Part shown: positions 1 through 7,952 of the stretch, in pieces
Layout of the letters: each line of letters begins with the position of its first letter
Numbering within the stretch: the stretch's first letter is position 1
DNA from: Candidatus Thorarchaeota archaeon
GTDB taxonomy: Archaea; Asgardarchaeota; Thorarchaeia; Thorarchaeales; Thorarchaeaceae
Length of the DNA: 34,927 bases
Assembly (NCBI GenBank): GCA_046758445.1
Contig: JBHIAE010000029.1
Span: 1-34,927, forward strand
Direction of reading: 5' to 3'
Notes under the pieces: generated by a model
The model's input: the letters and a program-made list of their open reading frames with translations, nothing else
Database searches by the model: none
Told to the model about the DNA's origin: nothing
Position numbers and translations under genes: made by a program

Positions 1-76
1 GTCCGAGGTCCAGCTTGAATCCAATCCATATCAAGGTCTCTTGGGTCAAGTCCTCTCGATTTTCCGAGCTCAGGTT

Positions 77-598
77 CTACGTGTAGTAGGTGGGGCCAGT
101 GTCAGTGGGCTCTTTCGGCGGTCTCACTCCAGTTTGTCCAGTTATCTCATTCAGGAGAGCAATAGCCATGTCTACAGTACCATGCACCCTCCTCAAGACT
201 TGCCAGAGTCGGTCCTCACCGAAACCATCGTCGTATATTCTGTCTGAAACCACGAAACCTGGGCCTGGCGGCTTGGGGCCCGGTTGACCAGGCCGCGGTT
301 GAATGAATCCCATGTTCACTCCCTGTGCGAAGCTTGCCTTCAAGGCCTGCACCTGGAACTCTCGCATCTTCTCAGCGTTGAGCACTTTGAGATGCTGTGG
401 CGATATCATGACCTGTGACTCGACCTGAATGTACTTCTGCTCATTCGGCCTGACGACCGTGAAGAAGAAACGCTGGAACTTGACCTTGAACAGAAACTCT
501 GCACGCGGATTGGAGATTGTTTCAATCTTCGTGCCTTCCTTCCTGAACCAGCTCTTCACTGCTTTCTTGATTCTCTTTGAGGACCCTTCCGCCATCAA
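77..598 (-). CDS. DUF2299-like archaeal protein with a Pro/Gly-rich insertion
   Basis: 173-aa ORF. The N-terminal 'IKKAVKSWFRKEG..E...NPRAEF.F.V' and C-terminal 'VSDRIYDDGF.EDRL' resemble DUF2299 proteins; insertion QPRPGQPGPKPPGPG. Confidence 0.5.
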   Translation of the reverse strand: MMAEGSSKRIKKAVKSWFRKEGTKIETISNPRAEFLFKVKFQRFFFTVVRPNEQKYIQVESQVMISPQHLKVLNAEKMREFQVQALKASFAQGVNMGFIQPRPGQPGPKPPGPGFVVSDRIYDDGFGEDRLWQVLRRVHGTVDMAIALLNEITGQTGVRPPKEPTDTGPTYYT

Positions 599-654
599 TC
601 ATCTCTCCGCTTCATGAGCACAGGCTAGCGTTCTCACTTAACGCTTGTGATGAA

Positions 655-1464
655 TCAGGTCTTCTCCTGATACCACTCTACTTCATCGTATCCTGAAGGA
701 GCCATATCTGCATAGGTTGTGATCTGGTTTCTCACAGACTCAATCATACTGGTGTCCGCGACCGTGGTGAATACCTCTCGTGCTGAGTTGATGCGGGTCA
801 ATCTGACTCCCCACGGATCGACCACCTGGCTATGACCGAAGTATGTCTTTTGATCGAAAGCATCGCCGACTCTGTTGGCCGCTGCCATGAACAGCTGATT
901 CTCAATCGCTCGCGCCATCACAAGGTTGTCCCAATGTGCAGCTCTCGGATCGGGAAACGCAGCCGGAACCAACACCAGTTCCGCTCCCTCCAAGGCTAGC
1001 TTCCTTGTGACCTCGGGAAACCTGATGTCATAGCATATCTCTACACCCACCTTGATTCCCTTCAGGTCGAAGAGTACAATCTTCTTACCACCCTCAAAGA
1101 CATCTCTCTCGGCTTGGAAGGGATGAATCTTCCTGTAAGTCCCCAGTGTCTTTCCGGCTGGCGTGGCTATCACTAGAGTATTGTAGTATTTCGAGCCCGC
1201 CTTCTCCAATCCCGTTCCAACGACATAGGCTGAATGCTCTTCAGCAGTCCTCTCAAGGAACTCACTCGTTGCTCCCGGGACGCTAGGCCCCTGGACCGAG
1301 TAGTCTTCCTGCCTGAAACCTATTGCGAACAACTCCGGGAGGATTATGAAATCGGTGTCGGCTTTGCTAGCGTGCCCTTGAAGCAGACCGTTTGCCCGGG
1401 CGAAATTCTCCTTACGATTGCCCTCAATGCATGGCATTTGAACCAGAGTCACCTGAAACTCCAT
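655..1464 (-). CDS. Carbon-nitrogen hydrolase (nitrilase/omega-amidase family)
   Basis: Glu-Lys-Cys triad motifs LPELF, YRKIH, ICYDIRFPE; also ARAIENQ and GHSQVVDPWG. Confidence 0.92.
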   Translation of the reverse strand: MEFQVTLVQMPCIEGNRKENFARANGLLQGHASKADTDFIILPELFAIGFRQEDYSVQGPSVPGATSEFLERTAEEHSAYVVGTGLEKAGSKYYNTLVIATPAGKTLGTYRKIHPFQAERDVFEGGKKIVLFDLKGIKVGVEICYDIRFPEVTRKLALEGAELVLVPAAFPDPRAAHWDNLVMARAIENQLFMAAANRVGDAFDQKTYFGHSQVVDPWGVRLTRINSAREVFTTVADTSMIESVRNQITTYADMAPSGYDEVEWYQEKT

Positions 1465-1651
1465 CGCTGTTCACCAACATGTTACTGAAACGCACACTAT
1501 TCGAAACTCACTCTGCTGCTCTTAAGCGTTGGTCCCGATTTGTGGTTCAGAGAGTGGCTGCACCCTTGTCCAGGCCACACATATATCATAATCCTAATAT
1601 GCTCGGCTGACCCGTCTGAGCACGTAGAGGCTCCAAACGGACGTGTAATGC

Positions 1652-1960
1652 TTGGCAAACGAAATCAATACTGAGCCGAAGAGCAGATCTGATATGCCAA
1701 AGTCCCCCTACTCCAAGCCCTCTGTCGGGGCCACTGGAAAGACTGGGAGCTGGCGCACGTTTTCTCCCAAGATAGACTACGAGAACTGCAACAAGTGCCG
1801 AACGTGCTGGCTGCACTGCCCTGAGGCTGTGATATCGATAGATGAGGAAGAGTTTCCGCGTATTGACTACGACTACTGCAAAGGTTGCGGAATCTGTGCT
1901 CAGGTGTGTCCTCCCGGGGCGATTGAGATGGTAAGAGTCGGCAAGGAGGGTGAGGAATGA
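1652..1960 (+). CDS. porD: 2-oxoacid (pyruvate/ketoisovalerate):ferredoxin oxidoreductase delta subunit
   Basis: TGSWRTFSP motif, two CxxCxxCxxxCP 4Fe-4S motifs, IDYDYCKGCGICAQVCP; overlaps porA (ATGA). Confidence 0.93.
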   Translation: MANEINTEPKSRSDMPKSPYSKPSVGATGKTGSWRTFSPKIDYENCNKCRTCWLHCPEAVISIDEEEFPRIDYDYCKGCGICAQVCPPGAIEMVRVGKEGEE

Positions 1961-3135
1961 AGACTGAGCTAATGAGCGCAAACTACGCTGCTGCCCGAGC
2001 TGTTGTGTCTGCTAGAGTTGAGGTTGTTGCTGCCTACCCAATCACGCCAGCCACTACTGTGCCAGAGCAGGTTGCACTACTATACGAAGATGGCATCTAC
2101 AAGGGTGAGTTCATTCGAGTAGAGTCTGAGCACTCGGCTATCTTCGCCTGTGTTGGAGCCAGTTCGACTGGAGCTCGGACCTTTACTGCAACCTCTTCCA
2201 ACGGGCTTCTCTTGATGGCTGAAGGAATTCACTGGGCCGCAGCCGCAAGGCTGCCCATCGTTGTGAACAACGTAAACAGGTCCGTTTCACCGAGCTGGAA
2301 CATTCATGTCACTCATGACGATTCAATGAGTTTCCGTGATGCTGGCTGGATACAATTCTACGCATCGAGTGTGGATGAGATGTATCATACAGTTATACAG
2401 TCCTTCAAGATCGGCGAGGACGAGCGAGTCCTTATGCCTGTGATGGTCAATGCTGATGGATTTGTACTTAGCCACACTGTGTCAACTTTTGACTACTTGG
2501 AACCCGAAGAGGTCGATGAATTTCTCCCACCCTACGAACCACCCCATTGGAAGATGGATCCTGAAAATCCGGTTTCCCACGGAAACATCGTTTTTCCAGA
2601 TTACTACCAGGAGTTTCGATTCCAGATGCATGAAGGCCTGACAAACGCGCACAAGGTCTTCGAAGAGATTGAAAGTGAATACAAGAAGTTGTTTGGGAAG
2701 TACTTTGGCGGACCCGTTGACTGCTACAAGTGTGATGATGCTGATGTCATCTTCACTTCTCAAGGATCTGTTGGAGCAGAGGCAAAAGACGCCATCGATG
2801 AGTTGAGGGACGAGGGTTACAAGGTTGGCAATGCGAGAATGCGGATGATCCGCCCCTTCCCAGTTGACAAGATGCGTGAATTGGGCTCGAAGGTCAAAGG
2901 CATTGCAGCTTTTGACAGAGGTGTATCCTATGGCTTTGGAGGCCATGTTGTGAATGACATTAGAGCATCCCTATACCCAACCAAATACCGGCCTTTCATC
3001 AAGAGCTATGTTGGCGGCCTTGGTGGCCGGGATGTCACAGTGGATGACATCAAAGAGATGATCTTGGACACAATGGGTGCTGTGGAGAGTGGAGAGCTAG
3101 GCCCTGAAGAAACCTGGCATGACCTACTGGAGTGA
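1957..3135 (+). CDS. porA: 2-oxoacid:ferredoxin oxidoreductase alpha subunit
   Basis: YPITP, VESEHSA, ARTFTATSS, RPFP and GLGGRD motifs. Confidence 0.95.
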   Translation: MKTELMSANYAAARAVVSARVEVVAAYPITPATTVPEQVALLYEDGIYKGEFIRVESEHSAIFACVGASSTGARTFTATSSNGLLLMAEGIHWAAAARLPIVVNNVNRSVSPSWNIHVTHDDSMSFRDAGWIQFYASSVDEMYHTVIQSFKIGEDERVLMPVMVNADGFVLSHTVSTFDYLEPEEVDEFLPPYEPPHWKMDPENPVSHGNIVFPDYYQEFRFQMHEGLTNAHKVFEEIESEYKKLFGKYFGGPVDCYKCDDADVIFTSQGSVGAEAKDAIDELRDEGYKVGNARMRMIRPFPVDKMRELGSKVKGIAAFDRGVSYGFGGHVVNDIRASLYPTKYRPFIKSYVGGLGGRDVTVDDIKEMILDTMGAVESGELGPEETWHDLLE

Positions 3136-4046
3136 TGGAAATGGTAGCTACAAAAGAAATGCCGTTAAAGGAATACGTGCTGAAGGGCAACGCTGCATGC
3201 GCGGGCTGCCAGGACATGGTCGCTCTCAGACACGCTCACAAGGCCCTTGAAGGTGATGTGATTCAGGTCGTTCCTGCTTGTTGCACAAGCGTCGTGCAAT
3301 CGCTTTGGCCCAAGTCGGGTCTAGGCATCCCGGTCCTGAACACGGCCTTTCCAGCAGCTGCGGCAACCGCTTCGGGAGTAAGGGCCGCTCTGAAGGTGAA
3401 GGGAAATGACCATACGAAAGTTATGGTGTGGGCTGGCGATGGAGGAACCTTTGATATCGGTCTGCAAGCACTAAGCGGGGCCCTTGAGCGGAGGACTGAC
3501 TTTCTGTACGTCTGCTACAATAATCAGGTCTACAGCAATACTGGCACTCAACGGTCTGGAGCCACTCCTCTTCACGCCCAGACCACCACAACTTGGTACG
3601 GCAAGACTGAGCCTGAGAAGATGTTGGACCTCATTGTTGCCGCTCATGAACCAGTCTACCAATTCACCGCAAACTCCTCGTATCCAAGAGACCTCTTTGA
3701 CAAGTTCAAGAAGGCTAGAGAGTTCGAAGGACCGAAGTTTGGTCACATCTTCCTTCCTTGCCCGCAGGCATGGAACTACCCCGTAGAAAGGGGAGTAGAG
3801 ATTGGGAAGCTTGCCGTTGAAACTGGATACTGGATCATGTGGGAACGAGTAGGTGATGAGTTCGTTCTCGGAAGGCACAGCAAGAGGTACCAAGACCCAG
3901 AGAAGAGGAAGCCTATCGAGGAATTCCTCAAACTCCAGGGCAGATTCTCTAGGCTGTTCAAGCCAAGGAAGGATAAGAAGAAGATACAGGAGCTTCAGGA
4001 CTATGTCCAGCACAGATGGGACCTAATCATGAAGACTTTCACCTAG
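3132..4046 (+). CDS. porB: 2-oxoacid:ferredoxin oxidoreductase beta subunit (TPP-binding)
   Basis: ACAGC, GDGGTFDIG...NN TPP motif, NTGTQRSGATP, PCP, LQGRF. Confidence 0.95.
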   Translation: MMEMVATKEMPLKEYVLKGNAACAGCQDMVALRHAHKALEGDVIQVVPACCTSVVQSLWPKSGLGIPVLNTAFPAAAATASGVRAALKVKGNDHTKVMVWAGDGGTFDIGLQALSGALERRTDFLYVCYNNQVYSNTGTQRSGATPLHAQTTTTWYGKTEPEKMLDLIVAAHEPVYQFTANSSYPRDLFDKFKKAREFEGPKFGHIFLPCPQAWNYPVERGVEIGKLAVETGYWIMWERVGDEFVLGRHSKRYQDPEKRKPIEEFLKLQGRFSRLFKPRKDKKKIQELQDYVQHRWDLIMKTFT

Positions 4047-4061
4047 ACAACCCAGCCCCAC

Positions 4062-5894
4062 TCAATTGCCTCTTCGTTTTTTGATGAAGACGCCTCCAGT
4101 GACCACCACGACCACAGCACCGACTCCGCCGATAACTACGATTGTTAGTGGGACGTCATACACGTTGGGGTTGGTGCCTGACTGGTACTCCTGGAGGTTT
4201 GTCTCTCCATCACCATCTGGGTCTAAAGATGCATCGTTTCTTAGTGGGTCGAGATCGTTCTCAATCTCCCAATTGTCCGGTAGAAGATCTCCGTCCGAGT
4301 CCTCTGAGTTTGGGTTTGTGCCCGCAATGAACTCTTCAAGGTTGCTAAGGCTACCCCCGTCTGGATCAAGAGCCGAGTCGTCGAAGAGTGGGTCAAGACC
4401 GTGGATGATTTCCCACCCATCTGTCATCAAGTCGCCATCACTGTCAGGACTCGAAGGGTCTGTCCCGTAGACCACCTCTAGGATATCAATCAATGCGTCT
4501 CCATCGGTATCGGGGTTGAAGCTGGCCAAGTCCAACCAAAGATGTTCTCCGTCAGGTACGTTATTTCCATCGACGTCGCTGTCATACTCTACCTGAATAG
4601 TGAATGTTGTCCCTTGGGTGCCAGTGCTCTGAATCGTCAGTCTATAGAGTCCGAATCTTGTGACAGAGTCCTCAATGATAGTCAAAGTAGACCCGGACGT
4701 ACCCTGGTCTTCATAACTGCCAAGCAGAGTCCCGTGTGGATCGTACAGAGAGAATGAGGCCTCCTCGCTCCACTCGGCACTGACGCTGATATCGGTGGCA
4801 ATGCTGAGTACAAAACAGAATTCCGCGGAACTCCCCGAGGAAATGGTTCCACTGTGCTCAACATGGAATCTATCGCCGTAAGCCTGTGAGATCACATGTG
4901 CCATGCTTGCCCCTATGCTGGCAACTGTTTCTGTAGCAACTCCGTAGTCGTAGATTGAATTGTCCCAAGCATCCGAAGGTTGATGGTATGAAGTATCATT
5001 ATCAAAGCCGTTCTCAAAAGCAAAGAGAACGCTACCATAACCCTCGGCGAGAAATGAGGCGTGGTCTGATAGTGACCACTGCGGAAGAAGCGTATATGGA
5101 ACTGATTTGACAATGCCATTCCCTAGGTTCTTGCTCATCATCTTCACTATGTCAGCCCATAGGTTGCTCACATGATAGCCGCCTTGTATATCATAGTTGT
5201 ATACCATCAGAACCTTTTCGTCAGGAGAAGCACCTTCGCCTACCCTCAGCAGCATGTCAATGTTGTAGCAGACCAGGATGTCCACGCTTCGATTCTGTAA
5301 TTCCCGCGCCACTTCCCTGCTTCCAAGCAGACCGATCTCTTCAGCATTCCAAAAGCCAAAGTAAACGTCAAGCGGCCATTCGTAGTCAGACATTACGCTC
5401 GCCAACTCAAGGGCTGCGGCCACCCCGGACCCATCGTCGTTTGCACCTGGTGCACCTAGAACAGTATCATAATGGCCCCCAACCATCAATGCTGGACCGG
5501 CTCCAAGATAACCAGGCAGACGACCAACGACTGACTCGTAGACACCAATTGTTTCAACTTCAATTCTCCCCTCTGAGAGATTGATTAGTTGGCTTGTGAG
5601 CCAGTTCCTTGCATGCATATTCGCCGGACTGTAGGTTGAAGGATCACTTATCCACCGTGACCCATTCTCAGTGAGTTTCTTGACAAAGGCCTGATACGAG
5701 TCTTGGGAAACTTTGGAGAAGATCTCACTCGAAATGTCGACGCCATAGACTCTTTCTGTTGCTGTGGAGAATACCCGGTTCGATGCAGGGGTTTCCACAA
5801 TGGCGCTCGGCTCGAAGTGCTCTGGAAAGGCTAGTAGGAGAGCAAAGACGAGAATGAGAGACCACGGGCGTCTCATGTCCCTCCCGTAGGCCAT
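4062..5894 (-). CDS. Membrane-anchored extracellular M28 metallopeptidase with DxDGDG Ca-binding repeats
   Basis: Signal-like N-terminus. Zn ligand motifs GHYDT, GANDDGSG, AEEIG, NIDM, SDH, YHQPSD. Several DxDGDxLxDxxE repeats, then a C-terminal TM helix and KKRR. Confidence 0.9.
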   Translation of the reverse strand: MAYGRDMRRPWSLILVFALLLAFPEHFEPSAIVETPASNRVFSTATERVYGVDISSEIFSKVSQDSYQAFVKKLTENGSRWISDPSTYSPANMHARNWLTSQLINLSEGRIEVETIGVYESVVGRLPGYLGAGPALMVGGHYDTVLGAPGANDDGSGVAAALELASVMSDYEWPLDVYFGFWNAEEIGLLGSREVARELQNRSVDILVCYNIDMLLRVGEGASPDEKVLMVYNYDIQGGYHVSNLWADIVKMMSKNLGNGIVKSVPYTLLPQWSLSDHASFLAEGYGSVLFAFENGFDNDTSYHQPSDAWDNSIYDYGVATETVASIGASMAHVISQAYGDRFHVEHSGTISSGSSAEFCFVLSIATDISVSAEWSEEASFSLYDPHGTLLGSYEDQGTSGSTLTIIEDSVTRFGLYRLTIQSTGTQGTTFTIQVEYDSDVDGNNVPDGEHLWLDLASFNPDTDGDALIDILEVVYGTDPSSPDSDGDLMTDGWEIIHGLDPLFDDSALDPDGGSLSNLEEFIAGTNPNSEDSDGDLLPDNWEIENDLDPLRNDASLDPDGDGETNLQEYQSGTNPNVYDVPLTIVVIGGVGAVVVVVTGGVFIKKRRGN

Positions 5895-6009
5895 AGCTCC
5901 TCAAGTAGATTGCCGTGAATGCTTTTGCGCAATTGGGCGACACACCCAAATGATAATACGAAGTTACTTACCTGAATAGGCCCCCTGTGGCGAACGGAAG
6001 TTAGTCAAA

Positions 6010-7287
6010 ATGCCGCTGAAAGAATTCAATTACGTAGCGGAGATCAAAGACCCGCTCCATGGGTACATCTCACTTTCTTCAGCAGAGAAGTCTATAATTG
6101 ATCTTCGCGCGGCTCAGCGGCTCAGACAAATACGATCACCAGCCGGTGCATATCTCGTCTTTCCAGGTGCAGACACATCACTGATGGGCAAGATGTTGGG
6201 TTTTATTCACGTGACAAACATCCTCATGGAGGATTTGGAAGCAGAGCCTGATGACATTCAAGTTGCGCGCTTGGCTGCGCTCTTCCTCTCTCTCACGTCT
6301 GGCCCATGGGCAAACATCACGAAGGAATATCTCGCAGTGCGCGGACTGAGCAGGTTGAGTCTTGCACAGCTTATCGTGAAACAATCCCGGGCAGGAGATC
6401 TTCTCCAAGACTCCGGATACTCACGTGATGAAATTGTTAATGCTCTGAAGCGTGGAGTGCCTGTGAAGGGCGTACGGTTCGACCTGGAAAGAGCACCAAT
6501 CAACACGGAACTGGTAGATAACCTTGAGCGGGACTCGTACTTCACAGGTGTGGAATACGCCCAGCTGGAGTTTCGAAGATTGTTCCAAGCAACCCGGGTT
6601 GCCAAGAACAAAATCGCCGTAGAACGGGGGTCATTGTTCACTTTCGAGTCATACCTGTCTGCTGGCGCGAACATGTTTGATGCGGTCTACTATCACAAGG
6701 CGGTACGAGCAGCAGAACTCATGCTGTTGAGAACGATGGATGAAGCAGGTTCTCAGTTGATGGAGTTTCCGCGTGACAATCTTGAGCAGTTCTTGACACT
6801 CGACGACATATCGTTCATGGATCAGCTTCTACACTGTGAGGATGATGCATCTGACGAGATGAAAAGGGCCAATCGGATCTACACGGACTACCACAATAGG
6901 TACCTAATCAAGATGGCTGCTGCAAGGGCAATATCCGACGACACGTTCCTTGGTTCTATCTCAAGCTCGGATGGCCTATTCAAAGTCGAGAGTGAGATTG
7001 CGGAGGACGCCGGAATTGACCCGAGTAATGTCTTTGTTGACTATCCCGACCGGCTGTCTGTGAGTTTCTATCCTGGAATGCTCTCATTGGAGGACCTTGT
7101 ATTCTTTGAGCGCGGTTCAAAAGGATACGAGTTCTGGCCAGTGGAGGACATCAGTCTCCTCGCCAGGAGCTTTGGGAGACAAATGAAGCTGGTTCGAGTG
7201 TACACAAGCAGAGGCTACAGAGCCAAGGTCAGAAAATCAGCCGAGCGTCTACTTGAAAGCGTCGATACTCCCGGAAGTCTGGCTTAG
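6010..7287 (+). CDS. HD-domain (SAMHD1/YdhJ-like dNTPase family) protein lacking the catalytic His/Asp residues
   Basis: IKDPLHGYI, IID...QRLRQI, AYLVFPGA, RDSYFTGV and VYYHKAVRAAE are family hallmarks. The HTRxEHS and LHDxGH motifs are replaced by DTSLMGKM and LFLSLTS. Confidence 0.8.
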   Translation: MPLKEFNYVAEIKDPLHGYISLSSAEKSIIDLRAAQRLRQIRSPAGAYLVFPGADTSLMGKMLGFIHVTNILMEDLEAEPDDIQVARLAALFLSLTSGPWANITKEYLAVRGLSRLSLAQLIVKQSRAGDLLQDSGYSRDEIVNALKRGVPVKGVRFDLERAPINTELVDNLERDSYFTGVEYAQLEFRRLFQATRVAKNKIAVERGSLFTFESYLSAGANMFDAVYYHKAVRAAELMLLRTMDEAGSQLMEFPRDNLEQFLTLDDISFMDQLLHCEDDASDEMKRANRIYTDYHNRYLIKMAAARAISDDTFLGSISSSDGLFKVESEIAEDAGIDPSNVFVDYPDRLSVSFYPGMLSLEDLVFFERGSKGYEFWPVEDISLLARSFGRQMKLVRVYTSRGYRAKVRKSAERLLESVDTPGSLA

Positions 7288-7410
7288 ATGCTATTTGGCT
7301 TTTTTTGTCGACGACAGCTGAGTTCTGCAAAGAGTAATATGTCGCATGCCGATAGACTGCCCTGGGTGTATTCCTTGACAGAGATCACATCTGAGAATGC
7401 ATTAGGTGAA

Positions 7411-7827
7411 TTGGCCAGTGACCCAAACTTCATCCTCATTGTTGTGGGCGCACTTGTTTGGCTGCTTGGATTCTACACTGGGCCGTTCGGGCCTCTGTTT
7501 GAAACGGGAGGTTTTGTGCTTACGTGTCTGGCCACTGCTGCAACGGCTCTAAAGCGACCTATAGCCAACGCTTGGCCGGGACTGATTCTCGGTGCGTTGC
7601 TGTTCTTGGTGGGAGCTTCGATAGGCTGGGTTCCCCTTGTCGGAATCCTAGCTCCAATGCTGGTTGTCTTTGGCGGAGTCCTCATTCTCTTCTTCGCAAT
7701 TCCAATTGCGATCCAGACCGGAGGAGTGCCACTCCTACGGTCGTTCCAGAAACTCTGGGAATCAAGAGTGCAGAAGAAAGAGGAGGCTCAACCGAACAAA
7801 TCCGATGAATCTGAAGAAGCAACATAG
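7411..7827 (+). CDS. Small multi-pass membrane protein (hypothetical)
   Basis: About 4 hydrophobic segments and a charged tail. TTG at 7411, in frame with the 7288 ORF, follows a GGTGA RBS-like motif. Confidence 0.6.
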   Translation: MASDPNFILIVVGALVWLLGFYTGPFGPLFETGGFVLTCLATAATALKRPIANAWPGLILGALLFLVGASIGWVPLVGILAPMLVVFGGVLILFFAIPIAIQTGGVPLLRSFQKLWESRVQKKEEAQPNKSDESEEAT

Positions 7828-7952
7828 GACTAGGCAGAGATTCAATAGATGCGTCATTCCTACCTCTTTGACGTAATGCCTACGAAATACCTAATAGAGA
7901 GAACGGATGTTGACTTCTAGGTTTGCCGCCTACGCACACAAGGAGCGGGAGC

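Noticed and set aside
1-60. Possible start of a minus-strand gene running off the left edge
   Set aside because: Too short to support a call.
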